64,000 nt of DNA from Laetmonice hystrix (GCA_965235115.1 OZ249436.1:26352001-26416000), one strand, 5' to 3'. Counted from the stretch's first letter, positions 12,401 to 59,954 are shown. Numbers and translations are program-made. Notes: generated by a model from the sequence alone, not told the origin.

Positions 12401-12881
12401 GATGCCATTTCTCTCCATGTCCCACTGCCCAAATCCGAACTAAATCCGTCATTATGGAACAGCCTCCTATCACAGATAAGAAACATTGAAAAATTTGCTT
12501 GCTTCAAGACCGAAATCAAAGCTTACTACATAAAAATGTTTTTATCTGACAATAACCTAGAGAGGGACTCCTGGTGAACTGACCTTGGCCATTCTCCAAC
12601 ATAGCAACTTAGTAACCCTGATATTGTGATATACTGTTATATATTGTGTGATGTATGTGATTTATTGTGTGTTATAGTGTTAGTTTGAACGAGCCCGTTG
12701 CGTTTATTGTAATCCCTGGGTTACACTCACTTGTAACATCTTCATTTATTCTATTATATGGAACGTGTTGTACATATGTTTGGAGATATGATCTGCAGGA
12801 CCCCACATTCACGACGGCTCTCAAGCCGAGCGGGTAATCCTGGATAAAGATGCTCAATAAAAAAAAAAATAATAAAAAAAA
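9415..12881 (+). mobile_element. 5'-truncated, decayed non-LTR retrotransposon (CR1/L2/Crack-like group), ORF2 with APE endonuclease and RT
   Basis: HLNTRSL, FTETW, DRKNRRGGGT, GDLN, SDH endonuclease motifs. QHGFRKG, DLSKAFN, GIPQGSVLGP, FADD RT motifs. Several frameshifts and an apparent internal deletion near 11020. A-rich tail at 12856-12881. Confidence 0.92.
9460..10010 (+). repeat. 36-bp (NNSVDGDSESIR-like) and Cys/Asn-rich (NCEDGN) coding repeats upstream of the LINE endonuclease
   Basis: GATGGTGAC recurs at 9490, 9526, 9562 and 9598; in frame with the endonuclease. Confidence 0.9.
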
Positions 12882-14082
12882 GGCTTATTCACTTTCATAC
12901 CAGACATATAGATATGTAATACGTCCTGCTTATCCAGAGACATAGACAGACTGAATAACAGACAACATTTCAGGATCGTACAATACAGCTCCTGGACATA
13001 CAGCTGCAGAAAAAATCATAATCTCTACGGCCTCCACGATTTCAACAACGAAAACAAACTCTTGAGGTAAAAGTACAAGACGACCTTGTTTCAATTAGCT
13101 ATCCTCTTAACGGCGGCTTTTATTGTATGATGAAAGAAAAAGACAAACCAAAGATACAAAAACAGGAACAAAAAACAACACAGACGTTCTCTAGGTGATT
13201 AGCTAACGTAATGCAGCTATTGTGCTAGTAGTAAATATATTACGATACTCACAGTAATACTGATGGATTTATTGGTAGTGACCAAATCTGGCCATAATGT
13301 CATGTAGCAACATTCAGGCAGACCGGTATACATACACAAAGCGCTGTCATCTGTACAGGTCTACGTTTCTAAGTACAATCATGCACTAACAGTCTCAAGC
13401 AATTTTCATAATGTTCTATCATTTCCGAGACAGCTATTTCGTCATAGTCATAATTACCCGGGTAATTTAGAGGCGACTATTTTCATCTTGACGGGTGTCC
13501 ACAGATTATCCTTCATTAACTACACAGTACGCCGTCTGGTGGTCTATTTATAGATGTCCAGCAAACCGTGCCAATGTGACTTTTACAATTTTACTTTTTC
13601 ACGGGGGAACTCTGTTACCCTGGGTTTATTTTAACACCAAGGGCGGTTCAAGGGGCTAGGATAGGCAGTTCATTATAGAAATCAAATGTCACCGGTATGT
13701 GACAGTGTGTCATTATTTAAACCTGTGCGCTACGATTTCTACTGTGCTCATTAAAATGTTTACTTATTTGACTGTGTCTTTATACGGAAGGTTAAACATG
13801 ATACATGTAATGGGCAGAAAGTATTGAAAAATACCTCTACCTCTTATAGGACCAGCTGTTGGCTAATTAGTTCAGAGACGACCACTCACCATCTTTTTCT
13901 CAAATTGAAAATGCCATTTTTATTTAATGTGGTCAAAGTTAATTCCTGACAGCACCAAGATAAACAATGGCCACCAGGATATTTTCAAGGACTGACAAAT
14001 TGCAAATTTTGGTGCGAGCTACAAAAGCAGACCAAAAAGCACGAGCCACAAAAATACTTTGTACAATTTAATATTAACCTAC

Positions 14083-14153
14083 CTGTGTTGTGTATTACCA
14101 GACTGGTCTTTAGAGATTTCTCTCCCAGCACAACCTCGTACGTCAGCTGGAAT
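14083..14153 (-). CDS. Epimerase exon 6
   Basis: FQLTYEVVLGEKSLKTSLVIHNT, TAG/GTAGGT. Confidence 0.92.
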
Positions 14154-17100
14154 CTAAACGATGAATGTTCAACTTCAGGAGACCGCAGGAGACAGACACA
14201 CAGTCTGTTTGTTTTAACAAGTACATGTATAGGAATTCCTTGGTTACAACTGGAAAACGGAGTCCCAATTAGGAAGATAAAACTGAGTCGTGAAATAAAG
14301 GCTCAGACAAGTCTTCTCGACACACAAATAAAAATAAGGAAACTCCACGTACTCACCGGTAATTCCACATTTTTCTCGTGTCCTCAGTATCCACCAAAAT
14401 AAAGGTAGCCACGATGTCGCCCCCTGGTGTCTAAATAGGAAAATAAAACAAGGACACGCATCGAATAATATCTCATTTGTCAAGAATAGTTGGTGGGGGG
14501 GGGGAATTCACTGCATTAAATTAAAGGCGGGGGGGGGTTCTTTATTTATCCTGGCTCGACGTCAGCGTTACCGCTGGTTTACATCATCTGCCAGCTTATA
14601 CAATGGTCGATTACTTGCATTTCAATATCAAAAGATATTTTTGCCAAAGATATCTTTGCCAAAGATGTCTTTTGGACTAGTGCTGTCTGGATGGAGAGAG
14701 AGCGAGTGTTTCAATAAAAACCTCGCACCTGGCTCCAGCGAGATTTTCAAAGATATCTTTGGGCTTTATTGAAACGCACCCCTGGCAGATATTTTTAATT
14801 AACTAAGGTGATATTAAAACACATCACCAGTAAATTTTCACAAAAATATATAAACACATGGCTTGTTGACATTGTAGCGAAATACAGGGAAGATGAATAT
14901 TTGTGTAGTTTATGAAACAGACCTCCAAAAACGACTGGTTTGTATACGCTAGTATTTCTGATGTCAAAGATCACATCAGGTAGGTAGAAAGAATGTTTTC
15001 CCTAGTCAGCACTCCAGGTGCACAATGAGCCACTTTCACCGAAAGTTTCGTCAGTTTAGAAAAAGCTGTAAGCATGAAAGAGTCTGTCCTGGGAATAAAT
15101 TTTTGCAGTGCTAAATATTCAGATATCCTTCAAAACTGAAATCAGCGTCTACTTGAGAAACTCCTCCATATTCTGAATTGACAAGGAAAACCTTTTGAGT
15201 CCTATATACCATTTAGAATATCAATAATGCACTATGGAAGGACCTTAAAGTAATATTTCAATAAAGGAGTCTGTTTACTGAAATCATTATGATTCTTGCA
15301 AAGGAACACTTTTATGTAATATCTTTTTGCTACCACGGCAATCTCGATTTAATGATCCCTATATGAACCACTAGGAGAGTGTAATAAGGAATACCCAAAG
15401 AATTTTTTCATTCGCAAAGTTTAAATAATTTCAAATTACTCACGTCCCTTGGTTTGAAAACTTTATCACTTTGTCAGTTGCTAACTTCTCTTTTATAGCG
15501 AAATTGAGCATTTGCTTTCAATGCATCAGAGCTGTAATAATTCAAGGTGGGATGGGGGGGGGGGGCAGCAAGGCAACTGAAAGCACCCCATACAACTGTA
15601 GGAGAATAACAGCACAGTAATAGGAAAAATCTCGACTTCTTTATCAATACCAAGAGAGTAATTCTTGACTTAATCACTCTCCCCCGCCTACACAAACCGC
15701 TTACAAAATAGTAACTGCTCCCCACTTCACAATTATTCGCGGGAGAAACTGCTTCGCCTGTATCCGTGTAGTGATGTATAAATCCATTCTTTCCAAAGCA
15801 GCATAATATTGCGTGTAGGTAGCAGCACCGGGTCCACGTTAGCGTGCTAAGGAGAGGACGGGGTGGGGGCTTGAATTTTGGGTTGTAACTTTAAAAGGCA
15901 ACAAAACAACAACAACAACAACAACAAAAGGCGAAACAAAAACAAAACGTACGGTACCTCCCTTGGCTGGATAGGCATGCAAAATGGGCGGCCTTACAAG
16001 ATCCAGTGCATTAATTGCCGTACGTAATGTATAGATCTAGGTGGCGTTTTAACATCAAACTCATCTAGATCTCCGCATATCAAGAGTGGTTATACACAGG
16101 ATTAAACGAGAATCACATATTCAGGTGACTAGTCTGACTATCTGACATTGCCATCATAAACTGATCTGAACTGAATAGATCGATCATTAAATTGCACGCA
16201 TAGTTGACTATAGAGCTGTTACATCCTCAGTTCAGGTCGAAGGTGTCAAATTCGGGTAAGTGAATGAATTGAGGGTTAAATGGCGCCCTGTTGGCACTAT
16301 ACCAGCAACATTGAGGGCAATATCAACCACTTAATTCAGTCAAGGGACCTATTGTACCCTCAAGCCGCAGGGAGGACGAGGATGAAGTGATGAGGATGAC
16401 ACAAGAAATCTGCCACCGGTAAGCAATCCCCTGCTCCTTTCGAAGAATAGCAAGGGTTCTTTTCTATGTTCAGTCGCACGGACATGGCTGGACTTACCAA
16501 ACTTGTCCAAAGTCTTTGATAACCCAGCTGGAGAGCACTGCATGGGGAGGGTCAGCGAAAAAAATGGTATTGGAAGGATGCAAATCCATCGGTGCCACAC
16601 AGATGATTTTGCAATCCGACCCTTAACCACATCCCCACACCAATCCTCGCCCCATTTGTCACCTTTTACAAACAGCCAAGGGTTCGGCTGAAAATCATTC
16701 TTACCCCTGATCCCCAAGGGTGGTATGGGCGAGGGGATGTGGGTGATGATCTGCCTAGGGTCAGCAGCGGCCTCATAATTTCTTATAATATGAAAGCAAA
16801 TTATTCATGTGGGTGGGAGTGGGGGATTGGGGGAGGAGGGCTTTACCGGAGATTAACAGAGACTCCTTTACTCATGCCCCATTCATGTATCACTTACGTT
16901 ACATACAATGTATACAATGTTACATGTCATCCACAGTTTATGGTTTTATGGTTCAAGCCTCCAATCACACATGAATTCTATTTAATAAACATTGGACCAA
17001 TTTAATAATAAGACTTAAACAAATTTTACTATTACAATACAAACCCTGACTTACCTCAGTAGGATACTGTTTTGGGCACCATCTTTGGATACGAGCAAAT

Positions 17101-20100
17101 CCATGTTGGGGTCCTAGATCCCATGGTCCAAACTGGGCTAATTATTTTATTTAAAAATATAAATAAAAACTGTAGCACAAACGAAAGATTCGATAATCCT
17201 CCTAATAACACACACCACTATTGAATTGGTGAGACCAGCCCCTTGAAAACCATGATAACTCCCCCCCCCCCCCAAAAAAAAAAAAAAAAAAATCCAATTC
17301 CTACCTCAAGAGAAGTAGGCTACTTAGGCTTTAATTCCTTGCTTCCCAGCCAGGGACCCAGTACTACCGAGAGGTGGAGGCACAGGATATACCATCTCAG
17401 GATCCAGACCTTTCAGGGACATTAACAGTGTCCAAATTTCTTTGATTTTCTTTTTTATCTAATTTACAAAAGAGGCTCCAAAATACTTTTTGCACTGGTC
17501 CTGCAGGGACTCGACTCTAGAAACCTACACTTTGCTTCTAATGTTAACTATTCCTTAATCTGGAAACGGTTTCAACCGACTCTCAAAATGTTGTGGCATA
17601 TAAAGTTTTGGGGGAATGGAAGGAGGATTTGGGTCATCCCCCCTTCATTGTAGGTGTTGATCATAGTTCAGTTCGGGTAGTGATATAGATTGGTAATTCC
17701 TCCAATTTTTCAAGGCTCTGTAAACACCAATGATCAACTCAACGTCTTTGTAAAAATGAAAGTCACATTTTACATATTTACAATATTAAACAACACTGAA
17801 TGAAGAGAAAGAATACATTCTTAGTTGTACAAAAACGTCCATGTTTCATATACTTACGGAACGCTATTGGAATGCCTCCTCTGATCGCCTTCTTGTTGTC
17901 AAACAAAGACTTGGAGCTATTCAATGATTAACAAAAATAAACAGTCATATAACATAACCTGCAGTTAAATGTCGTGGATAGAAAGTCGTGACAGCAGTAG
18001 TAGTTAACTGTGTGACGACAAATCAATACAAATACCAGAAACCTGTTACACTTTTGGAGACTGTCACAATTAGACAAATACAATCCTTCAATGATGGACT
18101 ATTCAGAGAAGAAGGAAGAAATTTTGAGAACTGATTACGAAAACATAAACTGAGATCAGAGCATATTCCTCTTAACTCTGAAGCATGAATTTTACAACAC
18201 CATGCATACTTTTCCATTTAATATTTCTGATGATTTTCGCTTTTCTTATGCAGAGAAATTTTCCATTTTCAGTGTGGTACCGTATTGAGAAATTCAACCT
18301 GAATAAGCCCACTCCATTTAATCATTAGTTTATTTTTACAGTATTTTCTCATCACTTTAGTGTAGAATTATGAATTCTCACCTGACAAATATCTGTTCCT
18401 GCCCATCACACTGCCAGGAGATTAGTGTGGCACCTGGTTTACAAAGTTGTCATAAGGAATTAAAGAACAACAGTCAGAGAGAGAGAGTTGTGTCTGGTTT
18501 GGAATAAATTTTATGATTGTCTCATTTAAAGTGGCAATTATTATGATTGGGGGGTTGATACCCTCGCTTGAGCCTTGTGTCACTTGCCATAAGGATAAAA
18601 CTAATTGAAAATCGCCAATTTTTTTTTTTTAAGCTGCACATATATTGGTGGAACGATGTGGGTCAGAAAATTGGTGGAACGATGTGGGTCAGAAAATTGT
18701 TGCTCATCAAAGCAGCATGCAAGGCGACCTGCAGATGACACATATTTTCACTTCCTCATTGTACTGGCCATGCTGCCTACTATACTTTGGTTCCTCCTTA
18801 AAATTGATATTAGAATGAAATTAACCAAATTAATTTAAATTGGCCTCAAAAATGTATAATAAATTCTGTTGTGTTGGGGACTGACCTACCAACCACGCCA
18901 CTATTACTGGGGGTGGGGTACTTGCTTCTTAATGGACATGGACTGGTGGTATTGCAAGGTGGATCTTTTCTGAGGCTAAAGGCTAATACCCCCATCACAC
19001 TGGATAAAGACCTTACGGCGACCACGGCGACCTCGCAGATCGCCGTTGGTCGCCGTCAACATCAGGGGCCGGTTTTTCAATGAAGTTGAGCCAGCTTAGC
19101 CAGACGACTTAGGCCCATGAGCGTTTTTCAATGGTCATTTTGAGAGCTGAGTAGGCTACTTAAACCTTGGAACTTAAGTCACCTCGGGAGGTGACTTGAG
19201 CCACCTGACCACGTCCTAGTGTAGCCAAGTGCGGCATGCCATACACTCCTGTCAACTGACAGCGCCTGATGGAAGATAAACTGTGGCAAAAATGTTGTTT
19301 GGGAAGGTTCCTAAATATTTTCATTCAAAAAAATTAAGTGTAACTCTTTTTGGGTCATGTCAAAGGTAAAATTTCTAACATGTCCAGTCTTGGATTATCA
19401 TCAATGATTATTATTGATACAATGGATGCATTGAAATTGCTTTTCTTATTTAGATTTGCAAAACACCATTTCATGTTTATTTTCATGCATCCACACCTAA
19501 ATTAAACATGTCATTTTTTGCCGTTAAAAAAAGGATAATGTACGTTACATTTTCCGTCAAATAAATACGCACATTGTGTCCATCTTTCCTTTATCTCTGA
19601 ATGTATCAATTTATTAATATCAACTTTAGAATGTACATTTCTGGAATATAATTATGACACATTAAACATTGAAATTACCTATCAATAAAGTGGTTAAACA
19701 GACTGATCCTGTTCATATATATTTGTCATATATCGGGTGGATAAAAAAAAACGCCCCGAACTTTAAACTTTAAGATCTCAAAAACTATGCATTATAATTC
19801 AATAAAATTTCTCTTAGTATCACTTCATGATATTATCTCTAGTATGTTAAAACCTCAGCTCAATAGCTTTAATATTAATCCCGTGGCGCTAAAAACAAAA
19901 ATCAGTGTCTAAAAACGCAATGCCGGAATTAGGTCAAATATCATGCAGCTGCCAGGTGTCCAATTTGAACCTGTTTGATGCACTGCATTGTACCTTGGGT
20001 AAAAAAATTCAATATTTAGTTTTTGCATTTTACAATATGTAATAATGCTGTAGACCACGAGATATAATCAAATATGTGCTATTCCTAGCACTTTTAGAGA

Positions 20101-22096
20101 AAACAATGTTTAATGTGCCAAACCCTGCAGAGAAACTGCAACATTAGGACGATATGACTGTAATGAGAAGTTCAAGGGAAATCGTATCATTATCACGTTT
20201 AGAAACACGTTCAGAACGTTGCGTATTTCCCAGTGTTGGGAAGATATTTCCCCATCAGAGATCGGGAAGTGCATTGGCTCATGAAAAAAGAGACTGAGAG
20301 CAGTATGAAGTGAAAACGGGGGACCGATTGACCACCTACTCTAGTGTGAGGCCAGGGACTCTTGGTGCGACTACCACTCGCTTTAGCCCGGCATTGCACT
20401 TTTATACAATGATTTTTGTTTTTAGCCCCACGGAAATACTATCCAAGCTATTGAGTTGTAACACTAACATCTAGAAGACAACATCATGAAGTGATATTAA
20501 GAAAAATTTCATTGAATTACAATCATTACTTTTTGAAATATTGAAGTTTAAAGTTCGGGGCGTTTTTTTTTATCCACCCGATATATTTCACACTGATGTA
20601 TATCTCATACTGATTCGAAGACATGTATTTCTGGTATAAATGTCACGCTTTTGGCCTCAATCTATTTGACTTTGCTAAAATAAAATACTAAATCACAACC
20701 TCTAACCTCTGCATGAGGCACAACGGACAGACAAACAAATCCAAGATGCCATTTCCCTGTCCATGGACATGGGATAATAAAGGAAATAATGTGAAAAGTA
20801 GATTGTAGAAATGTGCGCACATTGTCAACTGTACCAATAAAAGTCAAAGGCAGCCAAAGAAGAAAAAGCAACACACCACCACCGGGAATCGAACCATGAA
20901 CGTGCCTGCTATGTGGCGGGACACTGTGATAACCGGTGAGAGTCACACCAAAATAGGGATTGCATACCGCGCTAACCGGAATGGATCTGTGCAGACTTGA
21001 GTCGCTGGCTAAGCTTAAAATTTCATTGAAAAACGCTTTAGACTTAGGTAGCTACTTAAGATCCGTGGCCGACTCAGCCTGAGTAGCTACTCAGCCATGT
21101 CATTGAAAAACCGGCCCCAGAAATCCCCTCCAAGTGTGACTGCCATGCCGCTCCCACCCCGCTGCCACGACTTGGAAAAAATGCAATTCTCGGACGATTT
21201 AGGCCGTCCCTACCACCTCGTATGGCGTTGGTACCACGTCCTAAACGATCACACTGCGCTCACTGCACACAAGAGCGCAGCTCTGACGTCATGAGCGCAG
21301 CGGCAGCACCGTGCGGAGCGTGTAAAGGGCTCATTAGGGTCACCGAGGTCTCGGTAGCATCGTGGTAAGAGCGCATATGGCCAGCGCCATGGGACGGGAA
21401 GGCCGATGCTACCCCGTTCACTGGCGCTCGACCTGCGCTCTCAGGAAGCTGGTACTGCGCTCCTAGGACGCTGATGGTGATCGCATTTCGATCTAACTGC
21501 GCTTTTAGATCCACGGCGACCCCGCGGCGTAAATTTTGTGCATGTTCAAAATTGGTCGCCGCTAATGGCGCTCATGGTGACCATATCATGCATATGACGA
21601 CCCAGGGAGACACTATCTCGCTCCTATGACGCTCAGAAGGACCTCAGGGCACTCTATCCGCGCTCTACGGCGATCTGGCCCATTTTCTAGAGCGCAGCTA
21701 GATCGCCTTCTAGTGTGATGGGGGCCGGTATTAGCGCGGCTGATGCGCTGACCCAACTTTCAATTTGCAATAAGCGACCGATGATCTTTCTTTGCTACCC
21801 TCGTCCCTGCATCCAGATCGGGATGGGTAGCTGGGCCCTACCTCCATGGACTAATCTAACAATACTCAGGACCGGGGACCCTGGCCGTGGGCGTGGCACG
21901 AAGCCGACGTGTCGGATTTACTGGGGTGAAACGTCCTCTCGCTCTGCCTGTCCTGTGTCGTTGAACGGCCGGCGGTAGTCCTTGTTTGTGGATCTGATAC
22001 CCCTGAATTACCAACCTATTACCCACCGTATAAATGAACCGAGGCAGAAGCGCCATCTCCTCTTGACAAAGTTACAATATCTTCTGGATTTGCCAT
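14083..22096 (-). CDS. Glucose-6-phosphate 1-epimerase / D-hexose-6-phosphate mutarotase-like (aldose 1-epimerase family), coding exons 1-6; 3' exons not found in window
   Basis: Exons 22096-22027, 18433-18382, 17916-17858, 17137-17055, 14430-14357, 14153-14083. All GT-AG and phase-consistent. Translation: MANPEDIVTLSRGDGASASVHLYGATLISWQCDGQEQIFVSSKSLFDNKKAIRGGIPIAFPQFGPWDLGPQHGFARIQRW...DTRKMWNYRFQLTYEVVLGEKSLKTSLVIHNT. AIRGGIP and QHGFAR are family signatures. Confidence 0.92.
14357..14430 (-). CDS. Epimerase exon 5
   Basis: TPGGDIVATFILVDTEDTRKMWNYR, TAG/GTGAGT. Confidence 0.92.
16258..16645 (-). mobile_element. Degenerate tRNA-derived SINE with Nin-like central domain
   Basis: Minus strand CAGTGCTCTCCAGCTGGGTTATCAAAG...AAAAGAACCCTTGCT...TCGAAAGGAGCAG resembles the Nin-SINE domain (recalled from memory). 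Decayed A/B-box head and (TTCA)n-like tail. Confidence 0.6.
17055..17137 (-). CDS. Epimerase exon 4
   Basis: PQFGPWDLGPQHGFARIQRWCPKQYPTE, TAG/GTAAGT. Confidence 0.95.
17858..17916 (-). CDS. Epimerase exon 3
   Basis: SKSLFDNKKAIRGGIPIAF, TAG/GTAAGT. Confidence 0.95.
18382..18433 (-). CDS. Epimerase exon 2
   Basis: GATLISWQCDGQEQIFVS, CAG/GTGAGA. Confidence 0.92.
19066..21117. mobile_element. PIF/Harbinger MITE, CAG TSD
   Basis: TIR GGGCCGGTTTTTCAATGA; CAG on both flanks. Confidence 0.85.
19733..20581. mobile_element. Tc1/mariner MITE
   Basis: TIR TCGGGTGGATAAAAAAAAACGCCCCGAACTTTAAACTT; TA flanks. Confidence 0.85.
22027..22096 (-). CDS. Epimerase exon 1
   Basis: MANPEDIVTLSRGDGASASVHLY-G, donor GTGGGT. 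Confidence 0.9.
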
Positions 22097-22222
22097 CGTT
22101 GGCCGGCAAGATCATGCACGGTGCACCAAGTTTGTTTATGGTCGACTACAGCGCCACGGTTGAGAGGAATCCCCAAGCCTCGTTATGAATAAAATCGCAA
22201 CGGGGGAATCCCTTTAGGAACT
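22097..22222. promoter_or_regulatory. Bidirectional promoter / 5' UTR region shared by epimerase and CDK7
   Basis: 126 nt between divergent ATGs. Two GGAATCCC motifs at 22165-22174 and 22203-22212. Confidence 0.75.
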
Positions 22223-56952
<34,730 letters not shown>

Positions 56953-59294
56953 ATCAAGTCGGGAGTGGACGTCGAGGAGAAGTGACTGGTAGCTGGCTGT
57001 GACGGCAGGCGGGGCACCCTGCGAGGTGTCTTTATGTAGTGGTGGTCGCCGACTGGCCACAGACAGTACCCGAGTACATCGGCTCGGTGGGTCCCGCCCG
57101 TCCGCCGCCAACACCTCAGTGGGACTGCGTCTTCGGCCTTGTCAAACCAACACAAAACGGTCTCGACTTGGGCTGTAAACATTATATCAGAACGAGGCCC
57201 GATGAATGAAGATAAATACTGTATACGGGAGCTGATGAAAGGAGTGGACCTGTTTCAGAGTAGAAAAGGTCTCCATCGTGTACAAACTCTATAGAATGAC
57301 TTTCTGCTGTGGCCATCAAGTCATTCAGGTATTTGGCTGTGCTTGTCAACGCGTCTTACGTTTCTGGCACCAGGGGATAGGAAGGCCGTCTTGAGCTGTC
57401 AGGCGTTTTGTAACAGGGCCTTATCGTAGTGTAATCAACACTCTGATCAGCCTTGGCTTTGTCAGGTAGATATGCGCAAAAAGAAAGCTACATTTTCGAT
57501 CTAAGGACAGAGCGTAGTGACTTTGTGGCCAACAAAAAAATGTGATTTTCACATAACTACGCTGGAACATCAAGGGTTTAAAAATGAATAGTTGAAATGG
57601 TGGTCTGAAAATAGGCCGACTATAAGGATTCGGGTTTGTGTGTGTTCGGGTGTGGGGGTATGGGTGTACGTGTGTGGGGGAGGGGGGGGGATTAATGAGA
57701 TCTCGTTATCGAAGGATTTGTTATAATGTTGGATTTGACGGAAATAACAATGTATTATACATCTGATATAATCTACACATGTTGTCATCGTAGAGTGTTT
57801 ACAGCAAGGCAAGGAGCGTTACTCTGTGATAATTACCATATATTGTTGACCAGAGTCTGTTGTCTTACCAGGTGTAAGTGATATATAGAAGTAAGTATTC
57901 CATCCAATTTCGGTCTGAAATGATATTTCTTATAACTAGTATCATCACACTGCCTTACTTCAGCAAAGTCGATCTACAGAACCTTACAGACCTATTACTT
58001 CAAATTCAGCAAAGTCGATCTACAGAACCTTACAGAGCTAATGTCGGGTGGAAATAGTTCTATTGTTCCAAAAGATGTATTTTAAAAATGGGTATTTATT
58101 TCCTCCTGAAAATGAAGATGTGAGCGCGAATGAACCTTGTTAAAAAGGTATTTTTATCAACCGGTTCATCCATAGATAAGTTACAGTACATAGAGCTAAT
58201 GAGAGATAGTATTTATTAATATAAATTTAGTAATACCAATACATTCCCTATTTTTTGTTTTTCAAAGGGCTTATGAACTGAAAGTGCTTGAGTTAAGTAA
58301 AATTGACTGCAGGCCTCGTTCTTCCTAAATGACATGATCGTATGGTCATCGGAGAAGGGCAGGCATGGTCATACCTATTGTGTTTTTGAAAGCCCTTGTT
58401 GGTTTCCTCTCTCCGAACTTTTATATATGTACATGCTAATCCTTGAAATAAAGAACCTCTTACAACAACAAAGCCAAGACGATGATCTCACAAAAAATAA
58501 TGAATATTGTGTGAATACCAGTGCTTCTGTTAGGAGTGGGTAATATAAGTGCGATCCAAAGGAGGGTATGCTACAACGTCAAATTAAATTTACTTTTGAA
58601 TGTTATTGAAACTCCAGCTACAACTCTCTATTATCTGTGATAGGGAGGGTATCTGTGAAGACGGGTGACACTTCAGTTACAACCTCACGTCATGTGGAAG
58701 AAGGACAGTACCAAAGCAAAGACCAGCGGTACACCTCTTCCCACTCACACGTGTGTAATTATAAGGAGGTTGCAGAAGACGGGTAAAACTCGGGTTACAA
58801 ATCACACCGTTCTCTATAGAGTGAACAAACACCACGTGTGAGTAGCAGCTGGAAATCTACGCGAATCATACGAACGATGTGTGGGATGTACATGTATGTG
58901 AAATTGGTGTAGGTATAAGTGAATAAATTACAAGGTCAAGATTCTTGAAAAAAATGGTTTACATTTATTATACTAGTATATTAAGAGTGTTGATAAAATA
59001 TGCACTATTGTATGGTGGCTCAAAAGTATTATAATGTATTTAAACCAAGAGACCTTTTACATCCGCGAGGGGACCCGTCATAACCTACTCTGGCCCGGGG
59101 TAACAGGCCGGATTATACCCCTGGCCCAAAGTATACCTGGGTATAAAATGACCTGGCCCATTTTAATCCTGGGGGTTAATCTGGGCTAGGCCAGAATGTA
59201 CCCCCTGTCCCATTTTATATCTCCTTTTTTAAGTACATGTATACCCCCAGCGCAACTTTTACAGTCTTTCATATGGATCTTCAATGAGAGCGCA

Positions 59295-59452
59295 AAAAAA
59301 AAACGAGAAGAGGAAGCAGGGGAAGAGGAAACGGAGGACGAGGAAGAAGATGAAGAGGAAGGAGATGAAGAGGGAGCAGAAGAAGAAGGGGAAGATGAAG
59401 AGGGAGCAGAGGAAGAAGGGGAAGATGAAGAAGAAAATGAAGAGGGAGAATA
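59295..59452 (+). repeat. Purine-rich GAA/GAG low-complexity repeat
   Basis: GAAGAGGAAG-type repeats with a 27-nt duplicated subunit. Confidence 0.85.
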
Positions 59453-59629
59453 TGACAACTTTATATATGACGCTAATGTAATCTATACCAACGCTCTACG
59501 ATGGAGCGCTTGAATCACTCCGCCGTGGGCGCCGATGGGCCGGGCCCAGTTCAGCCTCATATAGCCATAATATCTGGGGGGTTGCTTGTCTAGCCCAATG
59601 GACTGCTTCATTAATTCATTTCATTAAGT

Positions 59630-59911
59630 CATTAATATCTCTAATTCATGTTAGTGATATCTCCAATTTTCTTATTTACAGATATCAAAAATTCAATTCG
59701 AGATATCAGAAATTGAATTTGAGATATCACTAAATGAATTAGTGATGTCAAAAATAGAAGTGGAATCAATGACATCTGAAATTCAATTTTTGATGTCCCA
59801 AATTGTCTTATTTACAGATATCACTAATTAATTACAGATATCACAAATGGAATTGGAGATATCTCTAATTGATTTAGTGATATCACTATAAATGTTAAAA
59901 CGGCTTGCCAT
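59630..59911. repeat. GATATC-rich short tandem subrepeats (probable non-autonomous element)
   Basis: Recurrent (A/G)GATATC(A/T)C motifs about 21 nt apart, ending GGCTTGCCATA. Confidence 0.5.
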
Positions 59912-59954
59912 AATGTCTATCTTAAACAACATCGGTGAATAATGACATTCCCGG

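Larger units (their letters stand above)
18984..21733. mobile_element. TIR MITE (Harbinger-like), host of two nested elements
   Basis: Imperfect TIR TAATACC..CCCCATCACACT / AGTGTGATGGGG..GGTATTA; TSD not clean. Confidence 0.6.

Noticed and set aside
18588..18600. 13-nt GC-donor microexon FYPYG for the epimerase
   Set aside because: Exon 22096-22027 already supplies VHLY-G in the right phase with a GT donor.
20873..20948. tRNA gene on the minus strand (GGTTCGATTCC B-box)
   Set aside because: The cloverleaf is not recoverable and it lies inside a MITE; at most a decayed tRNA-derived fragment.
21856..22056. ORF MALLPRFIYT as a gene start
   Set aside because: Alternative frame of epimerase exon 1 running into the intron.
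57959..58036. Short direct duplications (also 18645-18698 and 45626-45698)
   Set aside because: Ordinary local slippage duplications with no further structure.
58268..58281. Alternative CDK7 last exon GLMN*
   Set aside because: 56921-56952 matches the conserved C-terminus much better; this site is probably 3' UTR or downstream DNA.
59186..59513. Poly-Glu, poly-Ser and Lys-rich ORFs
   Set aside because: By-products of a purine-rich simple repeat; no domain or convincing gene structure.
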